NCBI GenBank assembly: GCA_963664705.1
Contig: OY761556.1
Location: 384,001 to 448,000 of the forward strand
Source of the DNA: Acidobacteriota bacterium
GTDB taxonomy: Bacteria > Acidobacteriota > UBA6911
DNA: 64,000 nucleotides
Direction: 5' to 3'
Below, piece after piece: positions 30,109 to 40,312 of the stretch. The position numbers and the translations under genes are program-made. A model generated the notes under the pieces. The model was not told where the DNA came from and searched no databases. It worked only from the letters and a program-made list of their open reading frames with translations. Numbering within the stretch: position 1 is the first letter of the stretch; every line of letters starts with the position of its first letter.

Positions 30109-31506
30109 CTAGCGGGCCGGCTTGATATTCTGATTTACACGAAACAGATTGCCCGGATCATACCGCTCCTTGATTTCGGCCAGCCGCGCGAGATTCCCTC
30201 GATAGCTTCCCGCAATCCTGTCCTCTCCTTCATCCATCAGGAAATTGACATAGGCTCCGCCTGCGGATAGAGGGTGCAGCGCGTTCCAATAATCGCGGAC
30301 CCAATCGCGATATCCCGTCATGTCGGCCGGATCCGGGCTTATGGCGGCAATGATGTGGGCAAACTTCACATCCCGATAGCTGAAAGCGGTGTCATCGGGT
30401 CCAACGTCATGCACGGCTCCATCGAGAGGGTAAATGTGCATTACGGAATGAACCGTTGGAACCTTGGGACCATACTGAATGTGCTGGGCAATCATCTTGT
30501 CGCTCAGATCACCGACAAAATCCGCCTTCCAATAATGGTTCAGCCCGGGCGGTACCAGTGCGTCAAACATGGACTGGAGCGCCGGATAGGGCACGGGACC
30601 CAGGTGAGCGAAGAGTGGCGGTCCGAAATCCCGAATCGGCTTTGTTGCCATCTCTCCCGTGTCCAGATCACCACAGTAGGCAGTGACGATGCCGCATAGA
30701 GTTTTCATATGCAGGTGTTCCGGGAAGGGTGGCCCCGGAGGGACAATCAAAAAGGCAAAGAAGGCACTCAGTTCGCGCGGAGAGTTTTTCATGAAGTCCC
30801 GATAGCAGCGCAGAACCTCCGTAGACTTTTCCAATGGATAGAGAATTACGCCTGCGTATAGCGTGCTCACCGGATGCAAACGAAATTCAAACGACGTGAC
30901 TATGCCAAAGTTGCCGCCGCCCCCCCGGATGGCCCAGAAGAGATCCGCGTGTTCCGAAGGGCTGGCAATGCGCAATTTGCCATCCGCCGTGACTACATCC
31001 GCAGACAACAAATTATCGCAAGCCAGTCCATAGCGTCGAGTCAGGTATCCAAAGCCACCCCCGGTGGTCAATCCGCCGACTCCCGTGGTGGAAATAATTC
31101 CGCCCGGAGTTGCCAGCCCGAATATTTGCGTGGCGTGATCCACATCACGCCATGTGCAGCCTCCCTCGATACGTGCCGTTCTGTTCCTGGGATCTATGCG
31201 AATGCCTTTCATTCGCGAAAGATCGATCACAAGGCCGTCATCGCAGGTGCCGAATCCGGGTGCGCTGTGACCTCCGCCACGTATTGCCAGCGGGAGTTTG
31301 TGCTTCCGGGCAAAATCGACGCAGTGAATCACGTCGGCAATGTCCGCGCATGGCACGATCAGTCTTGGTTTCCGGTCTATCATCGCATTGTAGACTCGGC
31401 GGGCTTTCTCGTACGCTTCATCCCCATTCTGGATGATCGGGCCTTTCAGCGCCGGGGCAAACTGCTTCACCACTTCATCAGCGGGAAACGCCGCTGCTTT
31501 TTCCAT
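30109..31506 (-). CDS. FAD-linked oxidase (BBE / 6-hydroxy-D-nicotine oxidase family)
   Basis: IRGGGHS (covalent-FAD His), TGVGGLTTGGG.G, DLFWAIRGGGGNFG, YVNF and YDPGNLF. Start at MEKAAA. Confidence 0.92.
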   Translation of the reverse strand: MEKAAAFPADEVVKQFAPALKGPIIQNGDEAYEKARRVYNAMIDRKPRLIVPCADIADVIHCVDFARKHKLPLAIRGGGHSAPGFGTCDDGLVIDLSRMKGIRIDPRNRTARIEGGCTWRDVDHATQIFGLATPGGIISTTGVGGLTTGGGFGYLTRRYGLACDNLLSADVVTADGKLRIASPSEHADLFWAIRGGGGNFGIVTSFEFRLHPVSTLYAGVILYPLEKSTEVLRCYRDFMKNSPRELSAFFAFLIVPPGPPFPEHLHMKTLCGIVTAYCGDLDTGEMATKPIRDFGPPLFAHLGPVPYPALQSMFDALVPPGLNHYWKADFVGDLSDKMIAQHIQYGPKVPTVHSVMHIYPLDGAVHDVGPDDTAFSYRDVKFAHIIAAISPDPADMTGYRDWVRDYWNALHPLSAGGAYVNFLMDEGEDRIAGSYRGNLARLAEIKERYDPGNLFRVNQNIKPAR

Positions 31507-31728
31507 GTTGCCTCTACAATTCCGGGGGGATTTGGTTGAAGTCCGACAGGTACAAACTAGCTTAATTATACATGGTGTCGCCGCCGGCAAAAGCTTTTTG
31601 CCGGCGCCGCGGTGTTTTGGAGTGAATGCGCGGATGGATGGGGGCATTCATCCGATTGTAGTGCCTGTCAAAATATCTGCAGGTGCGATCTTTTTGTATT
31701 AGTATTACTTCTTCAAAATACATATTGA

Positions 31729-34032
31729 ATGATTCTTTTGATATCAATGAAAACGACAGGTCAGGAAGACAGTTCGCAAATGCTCCATCATCCGATGCGA
31801 CAATGGGCCGCCATGGCTGCAATAGCCCTCCTGGCGGGCATATGTATATATATACCGGCATACGTATTCACCCAAAAAATATATGCTTATCATCTAAAAC
31901 AGCCGGAAACGATTCAGGGTGGACTTGAACTGCTGGTTCTGTTTATTGTGTCGGGGCTTGCAGCCTGCTGTATCCGACGATCCTCCCTTGTTACCATTGT
32001 GATTGCGGTCCTGGCTGGCCTTTACCTGCAGGTGCACTCCATTCTCCTTACCGCGGCACTGGGGCTTTTGTTTCTCGAAGCTCTGATGCAGATTGGTGGG
32101 GCCGTTCTGCGGCTGTTTCGCCTGCAGGATCCCAAAGCATGCAGTCTGCAGGCTTATCTTGCCCGGTTTATTGTCGGAATTTCTGCCTGGATAGTCGGCG
32201 CGCTTCTTTTTTCTGCCTGTGGGTCGGGGAGCATCGCATTTCTTCGTTTTTATTCAATCGTGCTGGCATCGGCGGCGATTGCGTCTGCTCCATCGATGCC
32301 TTTGAGCCTGACACTTGTTGAGCAATTCGAGCGCGCGAACAATAAAGACAGAGTCCTGATCCTGTTTTTGTTGGCCCTGATATTAACGCAGTTTGGCAAA
32401 GCCAACTTCGGCACCGATTATGATTCGGCCTGGTATGGTCTGAGGCCGGAGCGCGTTCTGATCGGAACTCATTCGCTGTTCGATAGCTTGAAGCTGACGC
32501 ATTTTGTTTACTACTACCCGAAGCAATTTGAGATTCTAACGCTTCCCCTCGCCGAGTTGAACCGGGGCATTTACATTGTCGCTTTTAATGTGTTTCTGCT
32601 GGGGATCGTTTTCCTGACCACCTATCGCCTCGGGAAGGAACTCGGGCTGGGCCGCACTTCCGCGCTATTCATAACGGCGCTTGTCGGAAGCATCCCTGCC
32701 GTCTCCAATATGGCCTCTACCGCCAAAAGCGACAATCTCATTGCTCTATATGCATATCTTGCGGCCCTGTTTTTCTGGCAATGGTGCAAGGGAAGGACGT
32801 CCCTTGATCTTTCACTGGCGCTGACCTCAGTTCTGGGGATGATGTCCACAAAAATTACTGCCTATGCCTACGCGCCCGTGCTTGCCTTCGGGTTTATTCT
32901 CACGGGGATTCTGCTTCACAGAAGCGCGAAGAACGCCGAACTGCCTGGTAGTCATCCAGACCTCGATGAAAAGCCTGGCCTCCGCAGTTATGTGCCGGTG
33001 ATCCTTGGAGCCTGCAATTATGGCGGGCTTGCCTTCAGAACATGGCTCTTAACGGGCATTCCGACCATGCCCGCGTTTGTGACGCTCTGGAAAATACTGG
33101 GACTGACCCCCAGATATCCATGGAATTCCTCGCAATTCGGTTTCCTGGGAGTTCCGATAAACTCGCCGGGCGATTTCTTTACGCACTGGTACAAGCTACT
33201 TTTTGATCCCTATTCCTATGCACACTATGCAATGTCGTGGCCGGGCAATATCGCTTTTTTTGCCATATGTGTGTTGCTGATCCTGGCCGTAATCCGCTCT
33301 ATCCCGGGATCCAGGCAGACGGGTTTCCTCTGCGCCTGCATACCGATAATGGCGTGTGGGATCTTCATGGCGTGTCTCTTGCGAAGGCATGGGGATGGCA
33401 GTACGGATGGGAATTATTACACGATCCCGGTTGTGCTCACTGTCTTTGCCGTTGCCGGCATTCTGTCGCGCCTCAGCGGAAAGCTTCGCATTGCGGTAAT
33501 CACGTGTGGCGCGGGATTTATCCTGCTTCACTTGCTGGTTATGTTTGTTTCTCACTGGTCATGGCATCCGGGAACGCAGGCTTTCAAGTTCTCGCTCCAG
33601 AAGCCTCAGATCAACGCGGAAGCTGGTGCTGAAGCCGCCCTGAGGGATATCGGAGCCTGGGAAATCGAGGAGTATTTGCGGGTGCATCCTCAGATTCGCC
33701 TGTGCGTGGGGTTCAGCAGAGGGGAGGAGCGCACGTTGCGATCGCTTTCCTGCACCCATGAGGATTTTGAGCAGATCGGAGGCACATTCCCACACCTGTT
33801 TGAGACCGCATCCGGGTTCAGGCAATACCTGGCATGGGCGCGGCCGGATATGCTTATCATGCCGAAATCGACTTCCTTCAGTCCCGGGAAAGTCGATTAC
33901 AATGTCTGGCTTGCATTTCAGGAGCTATCCGGGAATCCAGGGGTGACGCGGGTAGAGTCGGCAAAGTATTCCGCTCTCGATCTCTCTGCAATCAAGTCCG
34001 AGCTATCGGCTGGGAATCCGGTGAAGAAATGA
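31729..34032 (+). CDS. Polytopic membrane protein, putative GT-C fold glycosyltransferase
   Basis: More than 15 TM segments; DYDSAWYG, YYP..FE and AKSD loop motifs; C-terminal soluble domain. Start uncertain (31729, 31747 or 31780). Confidence 0.6.
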   Translation: MILLISMKTTGQEDSSQMLHHPMRQWAAMAAIALLAGICIYIPAYVFTQKIYAYHLKQPETIQGGLELLVLFIVSGLAACCIRRSSLVTIVIAVLAGLYLQVHSILLTAALGLLFLEALMQIGGAVLRLFRLQDPKACSLQAYLARFIVGISAWIVGALLFSACGSGSIAFLRFYSIVLASAAIASAPSMPLSLTLVEQFERANNKDRVLILFLLALILTQFGKANFGTDYDSAWYGLRPERVLIGTHSLFDSLKLTHFVYYYPKQFEILTLPLAELNRGIYIVAFNVFLLGIVFLTTYRLGKELGLGRTSALFITALVGSIPAVSNMASTAKSDNLIALYAYLAALFFWQWCKGRTSLDLSLALTSVLGMMSTKITAYAYAPVLAFGFILTGILLHRSAKNAELPGSHPDLDEKPGLRSYVPVILGACNYGGLAFRTWLLTGIPTMPAFVTLWKILGLTPRYPWNSSQFGFLGVPINSPGDFFTHWYKLLFDPYSYAHYAMSWPGNIAFFAICVLLILAVIRSIPGSRQTGFLCACIPIMACGIFMACLLRRHGDGSTDGNYYTIPVVLTVFAVAGILSRLSGKLRIAVITCGAGFILLHLLVMFVSHWSWHPGTQAFKFSLQKPQINAEAGAEAALRDIGAWEIEEYLRVHPQIRLCVGFSRGEERTLRSLSCTHEDFEQIGGTFPHLFETASGFRQYLAWARPDMLIMPKSTSFSPGKVDYNVWLAFQELSGNPGVTRVESAKYSALDLSAIKSELSAGNPVKK

Positions 34033-34070
34033 GATGTGGCATGCACGTCTTGCCGGCAAGAGCGAACCGT

Positions 34071-34098
34071 GGAGCGCGGTGGCTTGCCACCGCACTCC
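34071..34098. repeat. REP-like palindrome
   Basis: GGAGCGCGGTGGC-TT-GCCACCGCACTCC; related to 62086-62158. Confidence 0.65.
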
Positions 34099-34155
34099 GA
34101 AGGGCTTCGCCTCGATAAATAGATGCAGCATTAGCCGGGATGGCGCCCCAGTGGG

Positions 34156-35001
34156 TTAATCAAACTGCGCGATAGTAGTGCCATAGGCATGGGTGGCCGC
34201 TTCATCCAGCGACAGCTTTCGCAAATTCTGGCTTAAAATCTCAACTCCCCAGGGTCCGGTATACCCGGCTTTGAGCATGCAGCCGACAAAGCCTTTGACG
34301 TCGAATTCTCCCTCTCCACAGAAGGTTCGGTGATTAATGGTGTCTTCATGCAGGCTCCACGGGCATGTCAGCGTGCCGTCATTTATTTCAATGCCGAGCA
34401 GGTACCGGGATGGTATGCGGGCTATTTCCTCGTAGGGAATGCCGAGCTTTACCATATGCCACAGGTCGATCATGATACCGCCGTTTTTTGCATCCGCTCC
34501 CTGCACCATTTCCAGCGTTTCGGGCAGAGTGCGAATCATGGCATCCACAATCAGCTCAAACAGGATGCTCGTTCCGACATTGGCTGCATCGGCGCACACT
34601 TTGGCAAATGACTCGATCAGACGAGGCATGGGTACGCTGTTCATATCAAAATCCCCGATTTTAATATGTCGCGCTCCCAATGCTTCAGCCGCCTTCATCA
34701 GCAGCTGTTTGGTTTCGTCCGATTTTTTCTTCTTTTCCCCGTCGAGGAACCAGTCGGTCAGGAATTCCAGTTCAACGTGCTTGATGCCGTTATCATCCAG
34801 AATCTGCTTCATTTCCTTCAAGCTGAGGCGCTGCAGGGTGTGTTCAATATCGACTTCCTTGAGTCCGATTCCGGTGAAGCCCGCGCGGGAAGCTGCCTTG
34901 ACCCGGTCTTCAAAAGTGAAAGGGCTGTATTCATATTCGGAATGGGGATGAACGTTGCCTGCCAATGTCCAGTAAGAACCAACTATATCTGCCTTTTTCA
35001 T
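34156..35001 (-). CDS. Sugar-phosphate isomerase/epimerase (xylose-isomerase-like TIM barrel)
   Basis: AGFTGIGL, LFE, IDLWH, EIND, R..CGEGEFD and GYTGPWGVE metal-ligand pattern. Confidence 0.85.
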   Translation of the reverse strand: MKKADIVGSYWTLAGNVHPHSEYEYSPFTFEDRVKAASRAGFTGIGLKEVDIEHTLQRLSLKEMKQILDDNGIKHVELEFLTDWFLDGEKKKKSDETKQLLMKAAEALGARHIKIGDFDMNSVPMPRLIESFAKVCADAANVGTSILFELIVDAMIRTLPETLEMVQGADAKNGGIMIDLWHMVKLGIPYEEIARIPSRYLLGIEINDGTLTCPWSLHEDTINHRTFCGEGEFDVKGFVGCMLKAGYTGPWGVEILSQNLRKLSLDEAATHAYGTTIAQFD

Positions 35002-35062
35002 GATCGAGATCCTCCTGTAAGAGAGCGTCTCATCCTATGCGAACCGATAGGATAGAGTCAAT

Positions 35063-35254
35063 GACAGGAGGTAGGGGAAAGGAGGCAGGAGGCAGGAGGC
35101 AGGATTGAGAGCGGACCTCTATCCAGTCAGTACTCCTGCTCGAGAATTTCGTTGATCCGTTTGGCCTGGGCATTTTCATAACAGTGCATTGCCTCCCGTC
35201 TCCTGACTCCTGCCTCCTGCCTCCTGCCTCCTGCCTCCTGACTCCTGTCTCCTT
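35063..35254. repeat. Inverted heptamer arrays (CAGGAGG)n ... (CCTCCTG)n
   Basis: About 6 units at 35063-35105 and about 9 complementary units at 35191-35254. Confidence 0.9.
35118..35189 (-). pseudogene. Short IS3-family transposase-like remnant
   Basis: Reads HCYENAQAKRINEILEQEY*LDR, resembling the IS3 integrase-core motif (CYENA.AER.NGILK.E). Confidence 0.5.
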
Positions 35255-35346
35255 TCTTCTCCCTTTTTCGTTTATAATGGCCGTCGAACTGTACTGTTTC
35301 TCCATAGAGACAATTGTTGGAAGTATCGCACATATTCGGAGGTTCT

Positions 35347-37815
35347 ATGAAGCGTGGTTGTTTGGCTTGGATCTGGATTCTCGGCTTTCTTTTCACTGCA
35401 AATGCGGCAGACCTTTCAACGGCATCCTCGCAGGATCTGGTTGCCGTATATCAGAAGCTGCGGGCTTTACAGGGAGGGAGTCAGTCTGCCTCCGTCGAGA
35501 ATGTTGCCTTTAAGCGCGATGCCGCCACGTTTACGTTTCTGAACGGGCGCATTCTATTTTCCGAGCCGGTCGGGGATCACGTACTCGCGGCCTATTTCCA
35601 GGGAGAGGGCCGCTTTGAGCTGGAGCCTCCCTCTGCGGTTGATCAGCGCCAGTTGGCGCGATTTGCCGGGAATCAGAAACTTACGGATATGTTTCGTGAA
35701 GCGGTCTTCTTTTTCACAGATGATACGTTCGCCGAGATGAGCAAGCTGATGAAGGTGCGAGCGACGCCGAAGGCGGCGGATTCGCCCTTTGCGGCTGCTC
35801 AAAAGCGGTATTCCGACAGCTATAACAACTGGATTGATAACACGCGTAAAGGCAATCCGGTTATGCGCAACCTGGCGGCACGCATGCTCGCGGATCTCAC
35901 GGACCGGTCCAGCAAGGGGTTCTTTCTGGCCGATTTCAAGGGCAGCAAGTCCGGCGATTTACTGTATCAAGTGAGCTGGAACCGTGATGGCTTGCTTTAC
36001 CCATGGGTCCGGATGGGCGATGAGGTGACGCTTCTCCGCCTTCGGCCAGGCGAGTATACCGAATGGTGGGCGGGGTTTCATCTTTCCTCCGAGTATGCGG
36101 CGTCCCGACATCCGGATCACCGCACGTTGCATGTTCATTCTCCCGCCGCGACCATTGATTTAGCGGTTGGGAAAGAGCATTCCATTACGGCCACAGCGGA
36201 GCTTGAATATGTGGTCCATGAAGGTGCGAGCCGCGTTATACCGTTCAATTTAAACAGCGTGCTTCGCATCAGTGCCGTTGATGATGGGACGGGGAAGAAG
36301 CTCAACTTCATCCAGGAAGATAAGAAGCTGGATAACGATCCGTGGTTCATCGTCGATGAGCCTGCAAAGGCGGGTCAGAAGTACAAAGTGCGGATCAGCT
36401 ACAAGGAGGACTCCACCTACGAAACGCGCATCATCTACGATCAGGGAAGCGGCTTGTACTTTGTTGCGTCTCGCGATACCTGGTATCCGAGTTTTGGCAA
36501 ACTGGACGACCGGACTCAATATCAAATCAATGCCCGGTCTCCGAAGAGATTTGCATTTATGGCCAGTGGCGCCCTATTGAAGTCCGTCAAGGAAAAGGAC
36601 GAACTGATCACATCCTGGAAATCCGAGCTTCCGCTGGACGTCGTCGGATTCAATTATGGAGATTTTGTCGAATCGAGCCAAAGCACTCCGACCTTGAAGC
36701 TGACTGCCTATGCCGGACGGGAATTACCGAATGATCTGAAGGGCATAGAAGCAGGCTTCAATGTGGGAACCATCATGAAGGATGGACGGTCTGATGTCGG
36801 GCTTAGCCTGGCAGGGCTGAATACAACTTCCATGGTGAAGGATGCGGCCATCAACGGCATTCAGGCTTTCAGCTTTTATGAATTCCTATTAGGAAGCTTG
36901 CCCTTCAAATCCATCGCGGTGTCGCAACAATCCGGCCGGTCCAGTCTTGGCAGTCCAAATCTGATTTTTGCTCCTACCTCCGTGTTCCTGGATTCCGGGA
37001 CGCAAAACAAGTTGGGATTTCTGCGAACGGCGGAGCAGCGCGAATTTCAGCGCACGACAGTCGTTCATGAAATGGCGCACCAATGGCTGGAACATATGGT
37101 GGGCGGTCGAACGTATCACGATCAGTGGCTATGGGATGGCGGAGCCGATTTTGTCACCTCCATGTACCTGCGCCAGTTTGATCCCAAGGCGCTCGGCGAG
37201 TTCCGCGATATCCGGCGGAAATGGCTATTATCCAAATCCCCGGCGGGGTACCGCCCGGTGGATGCCGGCCCCATGTGTCTGGGGGGACAGCTCAATGAGT
37301 ACGACGCAAAAACAAATTCAGTCTATTTGAACCAGTTTAAGGGCGGATATGTAATGGAGATGATCCGCGTGTTAATGTTCGACCCCAAATTGAAAAATCC
37401 CAATGCCCGGTTTATTGCAATGATGCACGAATTTACCTCCACCTTCGCCGGACAGAACGTGTCCACGGAAGATTTCCGCAAGATTGTGGAAAAGCATGCC
37501 GGAATGTCCATGGAATGGTTTTTTGAGCAGTGGGTCTATGGATCTCAGACGCCGGTGTACGATTTCAGTTATCAGCTGTCCGGTGCCGATGGTGGCCAAA
37601 CGGAGGTGACGCTTTCTCTGACACAGTCGGCGGTTTCGGACTCTTTCAAGATGCAACTGCCGCTCTATGCAGTTGTGAACGGACAGCAGCAGTACCTGGG
37701 ATTGATCGGTGTATCAGGAACCAAGCCGCTGAAGACAAGTCTGAAGCTTCCGATGCGACCGGAGAAGGTAGTGCTGGATCCGGAGCGGAGCATTCTGGCG
37801 GAGATCCGTCAATAG
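35347..37815 (+). CDS. Secreted M1-family (gluzincin) aminopeptidase-like protein, degenerate active site
   Basis: Signal peptide, HEMAHQW, STEDF..IVEKH and WFFEQWVYG. GGAGG RBS before ATG 35347. Confidence 0.82.
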   Translation: MKRGCLAWIWILGFLFTANAADLSTASSQDLVAVYQKLRALQGGSQSASVENVAFKRDAATFTFLNGRILFSEPVGDHVLAAYFQGEGRFELEPPSAVDQRQLARFAGNQKLTDMFREAVFFFTDDTFAEMSKLMKVRATPKAADSPFAAAQKRYSDSYNNWIDNTRKGNPVMRNLAARMLADLTDRSSKGFFLADFKGSKSGDLLYQVSWNRDGLLYPWVRMGDEVTLLRLRPGEYTEWWAGFHLSSEYAASRHPDHRTLHVHSPAATIDLAVGKEHSITATAELEYVVHEGASRVIPFNLNSVLRISAVDDGTGKKLNFIQEDKKLDNDPWFIVDEPAKAGQKYKVRISYKEDSTYETRIIYDQGSGLYFVASRDTWYPSFGKLDDRTQYQINARSPKRFAFMASGALLKSVKEKDELITSWKSELPLDVVGFNYGDFVESSQSTPTLKLTAYAGRELPNDLKGIEAGFNVGTIMKDGRSDVGLSLAGLNTTSMVKDAAINGIQAFSFYEFLLGSLPFKSIAVSQQSGRSSLGSPNLIFAPTSVFLDSGTQNKLGFLRTAEQREFQRTTVVHEMAHQWLEHMVGGRTYHDQWLWDGGADFVTSMYLRQFDPKALGEFRDIRRKWLLSKSPAGYRPVDAGPMCLGGQLNEYDAKTNSVYLNQFKGGYVMEMIRVLMFDPKLKNPNARFIAMMHEFTSTFAGQNVSTEDFRKIVEKHAGMSMEWFFEQWVYGSQTPVYDFSYQLSGADGGQTEVTLSLTQSAVSDSFKMQLPLYAVVNGQQQYLGLIGVSGTKPLKTSLKLPMRPEKVVLDPERSILAEIRQ

Positions 37816-37878
37816 CCGGGCGGGAGCGCCGGGTGCCCGTCGTCTGCGGTGTCGGGCAATCCGGTGCCCCGGTTGGCA

Positions 37879-38913
37879 TTAATGCATGGTTGGATCGAGT
37901 TCCGGTTCGGGGCCCTGGGAGGGTGTTTTTCCCAGATTGGTGATATGCAGCCTGATTGCCTCTGAATCGGGGACGCTTTTGTCCAGCGATAGGTACATGT
38001 TCATGTGCTCTTTGGCACCGTTGATATCGCCCTTTGCCTCCAGAATTCTTCCCCATACATATTCGGCTCTGGAGATTCGGTGGGCTGAGTCCAGGCGAAG
38101 GACATCCTGTATCGCCGATGCAGCCTGATCGAGGTCATTCAGCATATAGCTTGCGATAGCCTTGTGGAAATAAACATCGGGATACGGCTTCTTCTTGTCC
38201 GCTTTGCCCAGGGCGTCCGATGTTTTGATCACGCACTCCCAGTCTTTCAGCTTGCTGCAGGTATGCACGAGAGTCAGGTAGGGAGCGAGGAATTTGTTGT
38301 CCGCAGCAAGGGCTTTCTCAAAAGCTTCCCGCGATTCCTTGAGGGAGTTCTCGTGATCGAGCACGACTCCCAGCGCATGCCAACCGGCGGCGTATTTAGG
38401 CTCCTTGGCCATTCCCTGCTGAAATCGCGCGATGGCTTCGTCGTGATTTCGGTTGTCTAGGGCTTTCATGGCTGCCTTGAGGTCGCCTTTTGAGCGCAAC
38501 GGCATGTTCGAATCAGACATGATGATGGTATAGGGATCGTCTGCCGGCGAAGAAATCACGATCGTCCCCAGTGTGGTGGTGGTGCTCAGATAGCCGTTCA
38601 GCGCAGAGATATCAATGGACGTCGAGGTGTAGCCTGTATGGGTCGCCCGGATGACGCACGCGCGTGTCCGCATTGGATCCACATCCATCCGCCACAGGTA
38701 TTCTCCGTTCTTGTCTGTCAGCGGTCCCGGGGCAGATCCCTGGCCATCACTGCAGTGACGTTCAATCCCGACTCTCATAGGAGGCGGCGATCCGTTGGGT
38801 AGTGTCACCTTTCCCCGGATGATCACCGGATAGTTTTCGGCAACGGCAATCCGGAGCGCGGAAAACAGGAGTGCCGCCATACAGAGCGGAAGGAGTTTAC
38901 GTCTGAAGTTCAT
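37879..38913 (-). CDS. Secreted TPR protein with N-terminal beta-sandwich domain
   Basis: Signal peptide, IRGKVTLPNG.PP and several TPR units (AAGWHALGVVL...A...FEKAL..D). Confidence 0.8.
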   Translation of the reverse strand: MNFRRKLLPLCMAALLFSALRIAVAENYPVIIRGKVTLPNGSPPPMRVGIERHCSDGQGSAPGPLTDKNGEYLWRMDVDPMRTRACVIRATHTGYTSTSIDISALNGYLSTTTTLGTIVISSPADDPYTIIMSDSNMPLRSKGDLKAAMKALDNRNHDEAIARFQQGMAKEPKYAAGWHALGVVLDHENSLKESREAFEKALAADNKFLAPYLTLVHTCSKLKDWECVIKTSDALGKADKKKPYPDVYFHKAIASYMLNDLDQAASAIQDVLRLDSAHRISRAEYVWGRILEAKGDINGAKEHMNMYLSLDKSVPDSEAIRLHITNLGKTPSQGPEPELDPTMH

Positions 38914-39102
38914 AGCTTCCCTTGTGCAATAAAAAGAGATTCAGTTAGAGCCGGGAGTTGCTGCTGCACGTCAAACCGTATGCGTTCTATGGATGCATTA
39001 TACCGATCCGCGGTTCATTCCACGTGAAATAAAACAAAATGATGCGTAGAAGGAGGATTTCTGCTATGGTCCAATCCTTATTAGAAAAGGAGAAGAGGTG
39101 TA

Positions 39103-40293
39103 ATGGCTAAGGCATTGGAAGGCGTCAGGGTGTTGGATTTTACGCAATATTTGTCTGGTCCCCACTGCACATCGGTTTTGAGTGAACTGGGCGCGGATAT
39201 CATCAAAATCGAGATGCCGGGCAAGGGAGAACCCGAGCGGCAAGCCATGCCCAAAACTCCAAAGAAAGAGTCCTATCAATTTCTCTCCTATAATCGAGGA
39301 AAGAAAAGCATCACCCTGAACCTCAAGAGCCCCCAAGGTATTGAAGTGGCCAAAAAGCTGGCGGCCAAAGTGGATGTCCTCGTCGAGAACTTTGCGCCTG
39401 GCGGCATGGACCGACTGGGTTTGAGCTATGACGAAATACGCAAAATCAATCCGGGGATTGTCTATGCATCCATTTCCGGCTTCGGTCAGACCGGTCCGCG
39501 CCGCAACGACGTCAGCTATGACGTGGTTGCCCAGGCCATGGGAGGCCTGATGAGCGTTACCGGGTATGCAGGCGGCGAACCCCTGAAGGCGGGGATTTCT
39601 CTCGGCGATTACATGGGCGGATATAACGGCGCCATCGCTATTCTGGCTGCGCTCTATTATCGAAAAGTAACCGGAGAAGGTCAGGCCATTGACATATCGA
39701 TGCAGGATGGCATCTGGGCAATGGTTTTCCCCGATCGAGCCAACTACTTCGACACCCATGAAGTCCCCAAAAGATTCGGCAACAAGCTCAGCAGTTCCGC
39801 TCCTTTCGGTGCTTACAATGCCAAAGATGGATATGTGGTGATCTGTACGATTACGGATCCTCAATGGCACAAAGTCCTCCAGGCAATGGGCCGGGACGAT
39901 TTGATCACCGAGCCGCGTTTTGCCACGCGCGAAATGCGAACCAGGAACATGGAAGAGGTTGACGGTATGGTACAGGCGTGGTGCCAGCAGAAGACGGTGG
40001 ATGAGGTCTTCGCGGTATTAAAGGAATTTGGCGTGCCCTGTTCGCCGCTGCCGTCTTTCGACCAGGTTGCCAGCGATCCACACCTGCTGAGCAGAGAGAT
40101 GATTGTTGAGGTGGAGCAGCCGGTTTCCGGGAAAGTAAAGCTCAGCGGTTCCGTCTATAAAATGACCAAGACCCCGGGCAACCGCAAAATGAGAGTTCCG
40201 GAGGTTGGCGAGCACAACCAGGAGGTGTATGGCGGGATCCTCGGACTTGATGCTCAGGAAATGAAGAAGCTCAAAGACGATTCCATTATCTAA
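39103..40293 (+). CDS. Family III CoA-transferase (CaiB/BaiF)
   Basis: ALEGVRVLDFTQ..SGP, NRGKKSITLNLK, DVLVENFAPG, YASISGFGQTGP and catalytic Asp in LGDYMGG. Confidence 0.95.
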   Translation: MAKALEGVRVLDFTQYLSGPHCTSVLSELGADIIKIEMPGKGEPERQAMPKTPKKESYQFLSYNRGKKSITLNLKSPQGIEVAKKLAAKVDVLVENFAPGGMDRLGLSYDEIRKINPGIVYASISGFGQTGPRRNDVSYDVVAQAMGGLMSVTGYAGGEPLKAGISLGDYMGGYNGAIAILAALYYRKVTGEGQAIDISMQDGIWAMVFPDRANYFDTHEVPKRFGNKLSSSAPFGAYNAKDGYVVICTITDPQWHKVLQAMGRDDLITEPRFATREMRTRNMEEVDGMVQAWCQQKTVDEVFAVLKEFGVPCSPLPSFDQVASDPHLLSREMIVEVEQPVSGKVKLSGSVYKMTKTPGNRKMRVPEVGEHNQEVYGGILGLDAQEMKKLKDDSII

Positions 40294-40312
40294 ATCTAAT
40301 GATGCAGTTCTT

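Noticed and set aside
31580-31606. Hairpin CGCCGGCAAAA-GCT-TTTTGCCGGCG in a divergent intergenic region
   Set aside because: A single short palindrome; cannot be assigned as operator, terminator or REP.
35063-35254. Possible CRISPR array
   Set aside because: 7-nt tandem units without unique spacers; no cas genes in the window.
35030-35513. ORFs with RRQEAGG / LLPPAS repeats
   Set aside because: Artefacts of the heptamer arrays; only the short IS3-like segment was retained.
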